DNA from: Mobula birostris | Lineage: Eukaryota | NCBI RefSeq assembly: GCF_030028105.1 | Contig: NC_092378.1 | Span: 49,138,400 to 49,202,399 of the forward strand | Length of the DNA: 64,000 bases | Reading direction: 5' to 3' | In this document: piece by piece, positions 51,829-63,515 of the stretch | Numbering within the stretch: position 1 is the stretch's first letter | Layout of the letters: each line of letters starts with the position of its first letter | The notes under the pieces: model-generated | Databases searched by the model: none | Told to the model about the DNA's origin: nothing | What the model saw: only the letters and a program-made list of their open reading frames with translations | Made by a program: the position numbers and the translations under genes

Positions 51829-51962
51829 GTCCCTAACAACCTTTTCAAACACCAGATAGATATTAAAGATTAGCCCCATTTGTCATGTGTAAACCAAAAC
51901 ATCGAATCTTACAGTGATACCTTATAGTTTCAAATCAGCGAGTATTCTACTGGAGTAGGGAT

Positions 51963-52378
51963 CCATAAGACCATAGGACCATAACAAATTGGAGCAGAAT
52001 TAGGCCATTCAGCCTATCAAATCTGCTCCAGCATTCCATTATGGCTGACTTATTATCCGGATTAATCCCATTCTCCTTCCTTCTCCGTGTAACCTTTGAC
52101 ACCCTAACTAATCAAGAACCTATCAACCCAAGCTTTAAATATACCCAATGACTTGGACATCATAGCATGTTGCCACGTCTCTGGTGCCAACATAACATGC
52201 CGGCAATTTACCCTGACATCTTTGGGATGAGGGAGGAAAGTGAAGCATCTTGAGGAAACGAACACAGACACAGAGAGAATGTAAAACTGCTTACAGACTG
52301 CAGTGGGGATTGAACCCCAAATGGTGATCACTGGGTTATAAAGCGATTGCACAAATCACTATACTGCCATGCTGCCCA
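51963..52378 (-). mobile_element. CR1 3' end (51963-52160) abutting a V-SINE (52161-52378)
   Basis: ccataagaccataggaccata tail; V-domain and ggggattgaacccc B-box. Confidence 0.75.
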
Positions 52379-52807
52379 GTCCTATCCTTCATTTAAAATA
52401 AAATGCATTTAGATATGTTTCTAAATGGATTAAAGGAGTACTATGAAACTTTTAGGAGAAATTGACAACATTGTGTTTGTGGCATAGATACAACATACAT
52501 AGCTCCAGTATGTATCAGTCAATACAATGTGCACATGCCAAGATGTGGGTTTGGCACCATCCACAGTACTTTTGAGTTTGGAAAACTGAAATGAATTATT
52601 TTTTGAAAACGTACTGTTGTCAGACATTTAGTTGAAATAAACAAACTCTAGGGATGAGAGTGCATTCTGCACTGATATTGAGCCAGATCATTGAGTTCTT
52701 TGCCTTGCAGCTTTTCATTCCATTTCCAGGAGTTCTTGATTTGCTTTCAGAATGGTTGTTGCCCTCTAATTCAAAAACTAAACACATTCAAGGTTCAAGA
52801 TTGTTTA

Positions 52808-53000
52808 AATAACACACACAAAATGCTGGAGGAAATCAGCAGGGCAGGCAGCATCCACGGGAAAAAAGCACAGTTGATGTTTTGGGCTGAAACATCGACA
52901 GTGCTTTTTTCAACAGATGCTGCCTGGCCTGCTGAGTTCCTCCAGCATTTTGTGTGTGTTGCTCGGAATTCCAGCATCTGCAGATTTTCTCTTGTTTGTG
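52808..53000. mobile_element. Palindromic Penelope pLTR derivative
   Basis: 13-bp TSD tcaagattgttta at 52795-52807/53001-53013; inverted arms. Confidence 0.88.
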
Positions 53001-53132
53001 TCAAGATTGTTTAGTGTCATTTTGAGTACAGAAGTACAAAGGAGAACAAAATATTTGTTACTCTGAATCCGATGCAACATATAAAAACACAGTAAGAAAA
53101 AGAAAACAATAATAAAAAACACAATATATATA

Positions 53133-53895
53133 TATGGTGGCCGATTAGGAAAAGGGGAGGTGCAACGAGACCTGGGTGTCATTATACACCAGTCATTGAA
53201 AGTGGGCATGCAGGTACAGCAGGCGGTGAAAAAGGCGAATGGTATGCTGGCATTTATAGCGAGAGGATTTGAGTACAGGAGCAGAGAGGTACTACTGCAG
53301 TTGTACAAGGCCTTGGTGAGACCACACCTGGAGTATTGTGTGCAGTTTTGGTCCCCTAACCTGAGGAAAGACATCCTTGCCATGGAGGGAGTACAGAGAA
53401 GGTTCACCAGATTGATTCTTGGGATGGCAGGACTTTTCATATGAAGAAAGACTGGATGAACTGGGCTTGTACTCGTTGGAATTTAGAAGATTGAGGGGGG
53501 ATCTGATTGAAACGTATAAGATCCTAAAGGGATTGGACAGGCTAGATGCAGGAAGATTGTTCCCGATGTTGGGGAAGTCCAGAACGAGGGGTCACAGTTT
53601 GAGGATAGAGGGGAAGCCTTTTAGGACCGAGATTAGGAAAAACTTCTTCACACAGAGAGTGGTGAATCTGTGGAATTCTCTGCCACAGGAAACAGTTGAG
53701 GCCAGTTCATTGGCTATATTTAAGAAGGAGTTAGATATGGCCCTTGTGGCTATGGGGGTCAGGGGGTATGGAGGGAAGGCTGGGGCGGGGTTCTGAGTTG
53801 GATGATCAGCCATGATCATAATAAATGGCGGTGCAGGCTCGAAGGGCCGAATGGCCTACTCCTGCACCTATTTTCTATGTTTCTATGTTTCTATG
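53133..53895 (+). mobile_element. Young CR1 3' fragment (one frameshift) inserted in a Rex1 tail
   Basis: ORFs 53160-53444 and 53419-53796; (TTTCTATG)3 tail. Confidence 0.95.
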
Positions 53896-54339
53896 TAAAT
53901 ACATGAGGTAGCTTATATTTGTACATAAAGTGACGCTAAGCACAGGAGTACCTGCATATAAGGTGACTCTGACAGGAAATGATCAAATATGGTGGTGGGG
54001 TGGTGGTGGATGTGTTGATCATCTGCCTGAGGAAGGGAAATCTACCATGCAGCTTTGTGCTGTGCATTTCCTGGAGATCTGCTATTCATCATAACACGAA
54101 ATAGAGCGTATATAGGGTATGTTAATGTTCACCATGCCTGCCAGAGATCAGAGCGCATTTGAACAGTTTGCCTTCATTTATACATTGGTTGCTTGTTAGT
54201 CTTTGTGTGTAATTTTTCATTGATTATATTTTTTTGTTCTACTGTGAATGCCTGCAAAAAACTGAGCCTCGGGGTAGTAAGTGGCGACATATATGTTCTT
54301 TCATAATAAATTTACTTTGAAATTTGAACTTTATGAACT

Positions 54340-55560
54340 TTGAAAACTGCTAAGTCCCAGATGGAAGATAGTGTCCCATGCATTGACATTGGGCTTCGTT
54401 GAGACATTGCAGCAGGCTACAGACGTATGAAGTCAGGGTGGGGGGAATAGAGAATTAAACTGAGGAAACAGTAAACCCTGCTGTGTTTTGCAAAACAATC
54501 CCTTAATCTGTGTCTGCTTCTTTCAATAATGAGGAGACATTAAAAGCAGTTCACTTGATTAGCAGTGTACAAGTGAATTATTACCTCAGCTGAAAGGACT
54601 TCTTGGGACCATAAATAGTGGTAAAGTGTGAGGCTAAAGAGAAGGACGCATGCCATTAATGGAAAAATGGTTGGTGGAAAGAATGACGAAGGGAACAATT
54701 CCTCCAGTTGTTGAAAGGGGAGGGGAAGGGAGGATGATTCTGGAGCTGGAGTCTTTTTGGAGGCAGTGGCGGTTGTCAAGGGTGATCTGTAAGTCAAGGT
54801 GCTGGCATGGTATCAACAAGAACAGAAATTCCTGACCTTGCCTGGATTCAGAACAGAAAGCATTAAAAGAGAGGTTAGGGTAAGAGTGGGGATATGGTTG
54901 AGGGATTTGTCATCTATACTGGTGAAGATGTTGGCCTTTTAAGGAGAAAAAGAGAACATCAGAGAGGTAACACATGGCAAGTTTCATCATCTGAGCAGAT
55001 AGGATGGAGATGAAAGAACTGGGGTAATGTAATGGAGTTTCTGCAGGAAAGCTCTATAGATATCTAATGGATCTTAGTGGCTAACTTGTCCCTTTTGGAT
55101 GAAGCCAGAGAAATATAGGAAAGGAACAAAAGAATCAATAATGGAGCAAAGAAAATGAGAGTAGATGATAGGTAATAGGCAGCAAAAGTAGCAATTTTTG
55201 TTTAATTCTGCATTAATGCAGGAAACAGCACCCATCATTGTACTATTAAAATGCGGCTGTCAACATTGATAAGTAGCCAGAGTGAGAAATACAGATACAT
55301 TGGAATTATGGAGAGAACAGATCCACCATCCTCAGTGAAGACTCCTGCCCAAAAAATGAGATGGAGGAGGCAGAGGTAGAATTCAGCATCATTCTGGGAC
55401 CAGAATTCATTACAGTGGGGACCTAGGTGGATGAAGCTGATGGTCAGAAGGGATAATGCCAACACGGTAAGATGTGGGACTACGATGAGAAATGCAGTTA
55501 GAGGACAGTGAAGGAGAAAGATGAAAAGTAGCGTTGGAAGTTAAGATTTTATCAACGTCT
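54340..55560 (-). mobile_element. Old Penelope-like element, heavily degenerate (inverted pLTR at ~56620-56820)
   Basis: Collinear motifs with 38057-39360; gtggggacct-type RT QG-region remnant. Confidence 0.6.
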
Positions 55561-55587
55561 TTGACTTGCAGTTTTAACGTATCCCTG

Positions 55588-56526
55588 CCATTTCCATCAA
55601 ACTCAATATATAAGTTTGCTGATGACACCACAATTGTAGGCCGTATCTCGGGTAATGACGAGTTTGAGTACAGGGAGGAAATTAAGAACCTGGTGGCATG
55701 GTGCCAAGACAATAACTTATCTCTCAATGTCAGCAAGATGAAGGAATTGGTTGTTGACTTCAGAGGGAGTAGTGGACTGCACGACCCAATTCACATAGGT
55801 GGTACGCAAATGGAACAGGTCAAAAGCTTTAATTTCCTCGGGGTCAATATCACAAATGACCTGACTTGGTCCAACCAAGCAGAGTTCACTGCCAAGAAGG
55901 CCCACCAGCACCTTTACTTCCTGAGAAAACTAAAGAAATTTGGCCTGTCCCCTAAAACCCCCACTAATTTTTATAGATGCACCGTAGAAAGCATTCTTCT
56001 AGGGTGCATCACAACCTGGTATGGAAGTTGTCCTGTCCAAGACCGGAAGAAGCTGCAGAAGATCGTGAACACGGCGCAGCACATCACACAAACCAATCTT
56101 TCGTCCTTGGACTCACTTTACACCGCACACTGTCGAAGCAGTGCTGCCAGGATAATCAAGGACACGACCCACCTAGCCAACACACTTTTCGTCCCTCCTC
56201 CCTCCGAGAGAAGGCTCAGGAGCTTGAAGACTCGTACGGCCAGATTTGGGAACAGCTTCCTCTCAACTGTGATAAGACTGCTGAATGGATCCTGACCCGG
56301 ATCTGGCCGTACCCTCCAAATATCCGGGCCTGCATCTCAGTTTTTTTTGCACTACCTTACTTTCTGTTTTTCTATTTTCTATTTATGATTTATAATTTAA
56401 ATTTTTAATATTTACTATCGATTTGTAATCCAGGGAGCGGGAAGTGCAGAATCAAATATTGCTGTGATGATTGTACGTTTTAATATCAATTGTTTGGCGA
56501 CAATAAAGTATGAAGTATATAAAGTA
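55588..56526 (+). mobile_element. Young 5'-truncated Rex1/Babar LINE, ORF2 C-terminus open to 56295
   Basis: YKFADDTTIVGRI..LSLNVSKMKELVVDFR..FLGVNITNDLTWS..FYRCTVESIL; (AAAGTAT)n tail. Confidence 0.95.
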
Positions 56527-57124
56527 ATTCCCCCCTCTAACTCTCCACATTAATCTTCTAACCAGTCAACTCCATAAACATTGGATTACCTGGACATGTT
56601 GAGCCTCAACCTCTCAAAGGTATTCCCTTTGTCCTCTTTATGTTCCCCCAAGCCAATCTGCAATTTAAAACTTCTTTCTCTCTTTTCCAGTTCAGAGGAA
56701 GGGCTTTAAGCTGAAATGTGAACTCTCCATGTCCATAGAGGCTGCCTGACCTATGGAGTGTTTTTACGGTAATTCTGATCCTTATTTCAGATTTATACAA
56801 TCTACATGTTTTTGTTTATTTTGAACATGATAACTCTGACATTGAATCCACATACAGCTGAAGAGAAAATATTGACCTGTGGCAGTTCTGGGGTTCTCGT
56901 GCTTTTAGCCTCTTCCCATCCACATTAATGAATTTTTCATGCTAGCAGATAAGAAGGATTCTATTTGCCCTTATATTTAAACTTAATGATTTGATCTGCT
57001 AATATTAGGTTGAATGCAGCAAACAACTCCAAAAATCACCAAATAATTTACATTAAATGGTAGTCCTAACTGCTTATTGCAACCATGGAAGGTAAATGCA
57101 GCTTCACCTCTCCAGTAGTAACAT

Positions 57125-57697
57125 TAGTCCTCATTAGGGGAGCAGAGGAGAAGAACTTAAAGTTCTTTGGTATTGTCATATCAGATGATCAGTCCTGGGA
57201 CCTGCATGTAAATGCCATCACAAAGAAGGTACAACACCACCTGTACTTTCTTAGAGGTTTGTGTAGATTTGGCCTGTCACAAAAAGCTTTGGCAAACTTC
57301 TATAGATGCAGGGTGGAGAGTGTCCTAACTAGTTATATCATGGCTTGGAATGGAAACACCAATGTTCAGGAACAGAAAAGTGTACAGCAAGTGGTAAATG
57401 CAGCCCAGTCCGCCACAGTCAAAACCCTCCATTGACCACATCTACATGAAGTGCTGCCACAAGAAAGCAGCAACCACCATCAAGGACACCCATCATCCAG
57501 ACAACGCTCTCTTCTTGCTACTATCATCGGGCAGGCAGGAGGTACTCAGCCCCAATCTCCTGCCTTCTCCCTGTATCCCTTCATGCCGAAACTAATCAAG
57601 AATCTATCCATCTCTGCCTTAAATATACATAACGACTTGGCCTCCAGAGCTGCCTGTGGCAAAGAATTCCACAGATTCGCCATTCTCTGGCTAAATT
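57125..57697. mobile_element. Rex1 fragment (+, 57125-57535) joined to a CR1 3' fragment (-, 57546-57697)
   Basis: KFFGIVISDDQSW..LYFLRGL..FYRCRVESVL; aagaattccacagattc. Confidence 0.8.
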
Positions 57698-58301
57698 GAT
57701 CTGTGTTGGTAGCATTCATTGTAACTGCTTAATGTAGCTAGGCCCTGGTTTGTCTTCATCCTGCTGATTGTGGTCTCCTGCTTTCTACTCATGCTGATGG
57801 CTTGCTTTGTTTGAAGCCCGTCTCCCAAACCACCACAATAATCACCAGGCCAGCTGCTTCTCGCTCCTCTCCCTCATTAACATAATGGACAGTTTTCGAC
57901 ATCATCTGAAGCCAGACAGTATCCTTAACTTCCTTAGTTTGCTTCAGCTTTCTCTTTGCCCTCCCACTATCTACAGTGGATATTTTTTAATGCAAATATT
58001 AATATCATAACTCAGAAAAATATGCAAATCAACTAGGGGACAAATGTAGGACTTGTAGGTGTATATATGGTCAGGAGGGGCCAAAGGTGAAGGCCGCACA
58101 CTCAACAAGCTCCTTGGTTAGCCCCAGCGTGGGATTTCTTCTCTAAACTATCTTTCCTTGATCAGCAGGGATTGATAGGCCTATGTTAGTCTGCTTCTCC
58201 AGATAGGAATCATCATATCTAATTTACTGACAACCCCCCACCCCTCACTGTTCTCCCATAGGCAATTATATATTTGTTTAAGTAGCATTGGTTTGTGGGA
58301 T

Positions 58302-58712
58302 CAAGCAACACACATCAAAGTTGCTGGTGAACGCAGCAGGCCAGGCAGCATCTCTAGGAAGGGGTACAGTCGACGTTTCAGGCTGAGACCCTTCGTCAGG
58401 ACTAACTGAAGGAAGAGCTAGTAAGAGATTTGAAAGTGGGAGGGGGAGGGGGAGATCCAAAATGATAGGAGAAGACAGGAGGGGGAGGGATGGAGCCAAG
58501 AGCTGGACAGTTGATTGGCAAAAGGGATATGAGAGGATCATGGGACAGGAGGCCCAGGGAGAAGTGGGGGGGGGGAACCCAGAGGATGCGCAAGGAGTAT
58601 AGTCAGAGGGACAGAGGGAGAAAAGGAGAGTGAGAGAAAGAACGTGTGTATATAAATAATGGATGGGGTATGAGGGGGAGGTGGGCATCAGCCGAAGTTA
58701 GAGAAGTCAATG
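58302..58712 (-). mobile_element. Young Penelope pLTR/3' UTR insertion
   Basis: TSD ttgtgggat at 58293-58301/58713-58721; homologous to 63075-63515. Confidence 0.9.
58368..58403 (-). ncRNA. Minimal type-I hammerhead ribozyme motif, intact core, GUC triplet
   Basis: AGUC-CUGACGA-AGG(gucucag)CCU-GAAA-C-GUC-GACU. Confidence 0.87.
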
Positions 58713-58853
58713 TTGTGGGATAATTATTTTCCAATACAACTGGGATAACTAATGCTGGATTAGAGTGTAGAATTGTTACTTTCCTAGTATTTTACTTGTA
58801 ATTTAACTTCCCTATGCTTACAGTAATTGTATTTGCATATAGCCACTTATATA

Positions 58854-59450
58854 CAGAACTGTGCAAAAGTCTTAGGTATATACAGTAATATATAGCTAGG
58901 ACGCCTAAGACTTTTGCACAGTGCTGTAGTAATTTTATGTGTTGCACTGTACTATTGCCACACCCAAAAACAAATTTCATGACATGTGTGAGTGATTATA
59001 AACCTGATTCTGATATTAGTCTCTGTTGTGGACTGAGAGTGGGAAGGTGGCAAGGAGAGGGGAATCATGTTTGGGAAAAGGGGAAGGGAGAGGGGAGGGA
59101 GCAGGAAGCACCACAGGGACATTCTCTAATAGCCAACAAGCCAAGTTTTGGAATCAAATGACCTTGCCTGTTGTCTCAGGGCTGCGCATATCTACACCCA
59201 TGTCACCGCTGCCTCCGGAACTCCTCCTCTGCCACCGGTACCCCACCCACATAGCCCCCGCCCCTGGCACTCTTTCTCTGCCACCAGTCCCACACCCCTC
59301 CCGTGGCACTCCACCATTCCTAACATCCTTTGCTCCCGCCAGATTTACAAACTCGGTCTCCGCTTCACGTTGACAAATACCATACCATGCAAAAGTATTA
59401 GCTGCGCTAGCTATATATACTGTATATACCTAATACTTTACACAGTTCTG
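58854..59450. mobile_element. Tc1/mariner-type MITE with ~73-bp self-palindromic TIRs, TA TSD
   Basis: TA-cagaactgtgcaaaagtcttagg..cctaagacttttgcacagtgctg-TA at left, mirrored at 59378-59452. Confidence 0.8.
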
Positions 59451-60913
59451 TACATGTCATTGTTTAGTAATTTTTCCAGTAATTATGGTACAGTTGTTTT
59501 TTCATTTTCCAGAAACTTCCCAGTTTTCCATAGTAGATGTCACACCACTTGAATCTAGCTATTTTATAGGTTACTTGTTATATTGGAATTTTGTTATCTT
59601 TAGTCTGAGTCTGAGATGACCACGGCTGCTTTTTCATTCTGTCTTCTACTTTGTTCTCTTTGCACATCTTTCTTGTTTGTTTTTTGGTCCTGTAACACTT
59701 AATGAAACAGTTGTAGGCAATACGTTTTGTGTCTCGTTCTTGATTTCTGAAGAACCATTGGATTGCAAAAGCATCAGGATCCAACACTATGCTGTTCTTG
59801 AGATTTTCGTAATGGGGAGAATTGGTCTTAGTCTCAACTACAAAAGCACTGGCAGCAAGCCAACACTCTTATCACTGAGCTAAAGTCATGCCGATTTTTG
59901 AATCAGATTTGAACCTTCAGATTCTGAAGCAAGAATGCTAACAACTCAGATAGTTGTCTCGGGTTAAATTGCTAAGTTCCTAAGCAAACGATATAGTAAC
60001 ATAATATAGAAACACAAGGGGTTTGCCAGATGCTGGAAAACCAGAGGAACACACACAAAATGCTGGAGGTCAGGCAGCATCTATGGAGGGGAAGAAACAG
60101 TCAGGATTTTGAGCGCTCTAAATGAATTAAGTGTGCCTCAGTCAAAAATTATCAATACACCCATCTGTTAACTCAGGAAAGAATTCAGTACTCTGCACAT
60201 TTAGATTTTACAGAACCATACCCCTCCCTAAATAAATAATGCAGAATTAACTGAGCATCTCCCTGAATGAAACAATACTTCTTATTTGAACAAATTACAA
60301 GAGAGTTGTACTGCTCCCTAACTGAATGGTACCAAATTAACAATATCTTTCCCTAAGTGTGTGGTAAGTGCATATATTGCAGTTATGGGCAAGGAATACA
60401 TATGGCTGGGTGCCTTATGATGAGATTAGACTAGTGAGCTAGTGTTGCAGCAAGATTGTTAGGTTGTTAGGTTAGTTGAATGTTAGTCTTTGGTGTTTAC
60501 TCGGTCCTGTGGTCGATGGCAAGGATCGAGGCCCAAGGGTCAAATCAGAAGTCTGGAAGTCAAAGCCAGTTAGCTGGAAATCTCTGCAGGCCCACTGGAG
60601 CAGTCGAAGGGCCAGTGACAGTGTTTCAGAGTCCAAATCGAAATCTACCGGAGGCCAAAGAAGATGGCCTGTCTTGAGGTTAGAGGGCTATGTATGTGCA
60701 TGGGTAGGAGAGAGGAATGGGGCTTGATTCTCTGCTGTTGGTTTGTTGCTTGTTGTGTTCTGTGTTGGTCTGCTGAGCAGCGTGGGCGTGCCATTTCGGC
60801 ACTTGAATGTGCGGTGACACCTGCCAGTATGCTCTACTTAGCCGCTGAACAATGGGTGCTTTGCCATGGGTGTTATTGTCAGTATTGTATTTATTGTATC
60901 AATACACTCGCAG

Positions 60914-60995
60914 ATAAATTCTGAAAATCCTTTTATCCAAAACACAACGATATTTTTAAAATCAAACGACTTCAATGAATTTATTTTTCTCACAG
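60914..60995 (+). other. Candidate 82-nt exon, or recursive splice site at 60995/60996
   Basis: cgcag|ATA..ttatttttctcacag|gtaagt; single open frame INSENPFIQNTTIFLKSNDFNEFIFLT. Confidence 0.45.
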
Positions 60996-62797
60996 GTAAG
61001 TCTCATTACTTTCATTGTTGAGCTCATGCTTAAACCTTTATATCATATTTATCATTGCACGCCTATTATTTATTTATTTATTTGCCATATATTTATTATT
61101 ATAATAATATTTTGATTTTTCTTGTATCTGCACAGGTTCTTTTGCACACTGGTTGTTTGTCTGTGTTTGGGTGCCGTTTTCCATTGATTCTATTGTATTT
61201 ATTGGTCTGGTGTGAGTGCCCACAAGAAAATTAATTTCAGTGTTATATGCTGATGTATACATACTTTGATAACAAATTTACTTTGAACTAGACGCTCATG
61301 TTATGAGCTGAATATTCTAGAACTAGTCTAACAATCCAGAGAGTGCAAGTTCATATCTCACCATTCTCACGAGAGGATTGAGTTCAGTTAAAAATTCAAA
61401 AAGGTAATTGTAACATTTATACAAGTGACTATGCAGCTCCCGTAAAATGTCAACCATTTAGCCTTTACAGGACAGACATCTATCGGTCACCAATGTGTCC
61501 TACGTTGATGGAAAAGTGACAAAAAGACGTTAGTGAGATAGTGCTTTCCAGTCATGCTGAAAATTCCCTTCTCAAAGAAAGGCACTTGTAGTGTATTTAA
61601 CATTTCTGTAATATTTTAAATATAGTGTTTGATTAGGCATTTTTTGTTTACTGAATTCATAATGGGTTATATGTAAGAAGTACGTGAATGGTAGACCACC
61701 AGTCATATGTGAGTCCCTTACTAAAGAAAAGGGAAATAAAAAAACTAAGCAGACAAAACATATCCCAGCGTGTGTGTTTATATTTCACTGGAGCTACAAA
61801 ACATAATAGGGGTGAAGAGGAAGTTTTAAAATGACTCCAAGACGACTGCCTACATGTTGAAGTGCAGCATATATTTCTTTGGACAGGGAGAGAGATTTCT
61901 GAGTTACAAAATAAGGCAGGAAACAGTAAAAAAAAGGAATGTGTATGGCCACAAGTTCATAAATAGTGAGTACCGGGTGATAGTAATAATAAAGAAAGCA
62001 GAAATAGCTGACGACGTTGGAAAGGTAGACACATTTGAATGCATAACAGACAAGTGGATGATGTATACTGAACGATTGAGCACTGCTTTGAAGAAAATGA
62101 AATAGCCAGTGTAAAGTGTGTGCCAGTGTTGCCGATTGCAGTCGATGGAAAGACACACAGCTTGCTTAGAAATTTAACTGCTCCAAACAGACCAGCTGAA
62201 AATAGCTTTGCTGATATTGTGAATGCAATGCCGGAACATTTAGAACTGAAATTGTTGTTGATTGAAGAATATTTTAGGTTAGGTTTCATAAGCAGAATAA
62301 AAAGGAAGGGAAGACCATTTCAGCTTATTTGGCTCAATTAAAGAAATTATCCGAGCATTGTCAATTCAGTGATGAGCTTAAAGAGGCACTGTGAGATTGT
62401 TTAGCTTGTGGAATTTAACAAAAAAAAAGCATTCAAAAAGTGCTTCTAATTGACGTACAATTTATACTTATAAGAGCAGTTGAAATCGTTTATTCAATGG
62501 AAAGAGCAGCCAGAGGCGCAAATGAGTTGCAGTCAGGAATAAAAATAAGTGTGAACAAAATTGCAGCGACTAAACAGAACTTGCCTGGCTGAGCAAATTG
62601 TTTTACCATTCTGGCAGGAGTTCACATACAACCAGACTAAAGTAAATGGAATGCACAGAGAAAAGAAAAAGACAAAAGTTCTAGCTGCAGTCTCAAAAGG
62701 AGCACTAATCCACATGCTCCTTTTGATAATGATGAGATAGATGCAGGACTGCGCAGCCTTAAGATTTACTATGTGAAAAGTAACAAGAGACAAGCAA

Positions 62798-63515
62798 ACA
62801 CGAGGAATCTGCAGATGCTGGAATTTCGAGCAACACACATAAAAGTTGCTGGTGAACGCAGCAGGCCAGGCAGCATCTTTAGGAAGAGGTACAGTCGACG
62901 TTTCAGGCCGAGACCCTTCCTCAGGACTAACTGAAAGAAGAGCTAGTAAGAGATTTGAAAGTGGGAGGGGGAGGGGGAGATCTGAAATGATAGGAGAAGA
63001 CAGGAGGGGGAGGGATGGAACCAAGAGCTGGAAAACAACACCTCATATTCCATCTGGGTAGCCTCCAACGTGATGGCATGAACATTGACTTCTCAAACTT
63101 CCACTAATGCCCAACCTCCCCCTCGTACCCCATCCGTTATTTATTTATTTATATACACACATTCTTTTTCTCTCTCTCCTTTTTCTCCCTCTGTCCCTCT
63201 CACTATACCACTTGCCCATCCTCTGGGCTCCCCCCCCCCCCAACTTCTCTTTCTCCCTGGGCCTCCTGTCCCATGATCCTCTCATATCCCTTTTGCCAAT
63301 CAACTGTCCAGCTCTTGGCTGCATCCCTCCCCCTCCTGTCTTCTCCTACCATTTCGGATCTCCCTCTCCCCCTCCCCCTCCCACTTTCAAATCTCTTACT
63401 AGCTCTTCTTTCAGTTAGTCCTGACAGAGGGTCTCAGCCTGAAACGTCGACTGTACCTCTTCCTAGAGATGCTGCCTGGCCTGCTGCATTCCACCAGCAA
63501 CTTTTATGTGTGCTG
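62798..63515. mobile_element. Young Penelope insertion with ~205-bp inverted pLTR arms inside the Gypsy element
   Basis: 14-bp TSD caagagacaagcaa at 62784-62797/63516-63529; junction at ~63032 into QHLIFHLGSLQ. Confidence 0.92.
62893..62928 (-). ncRNA. Minimal type-I hammerhead ribozyme motif, intact core
   Basis: AGUC-CUGAGGA-AGG(gucucgg)CCU-GAAA-C-GUC-GACU (position 7 of the core is variable). Confidence 0.82.
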
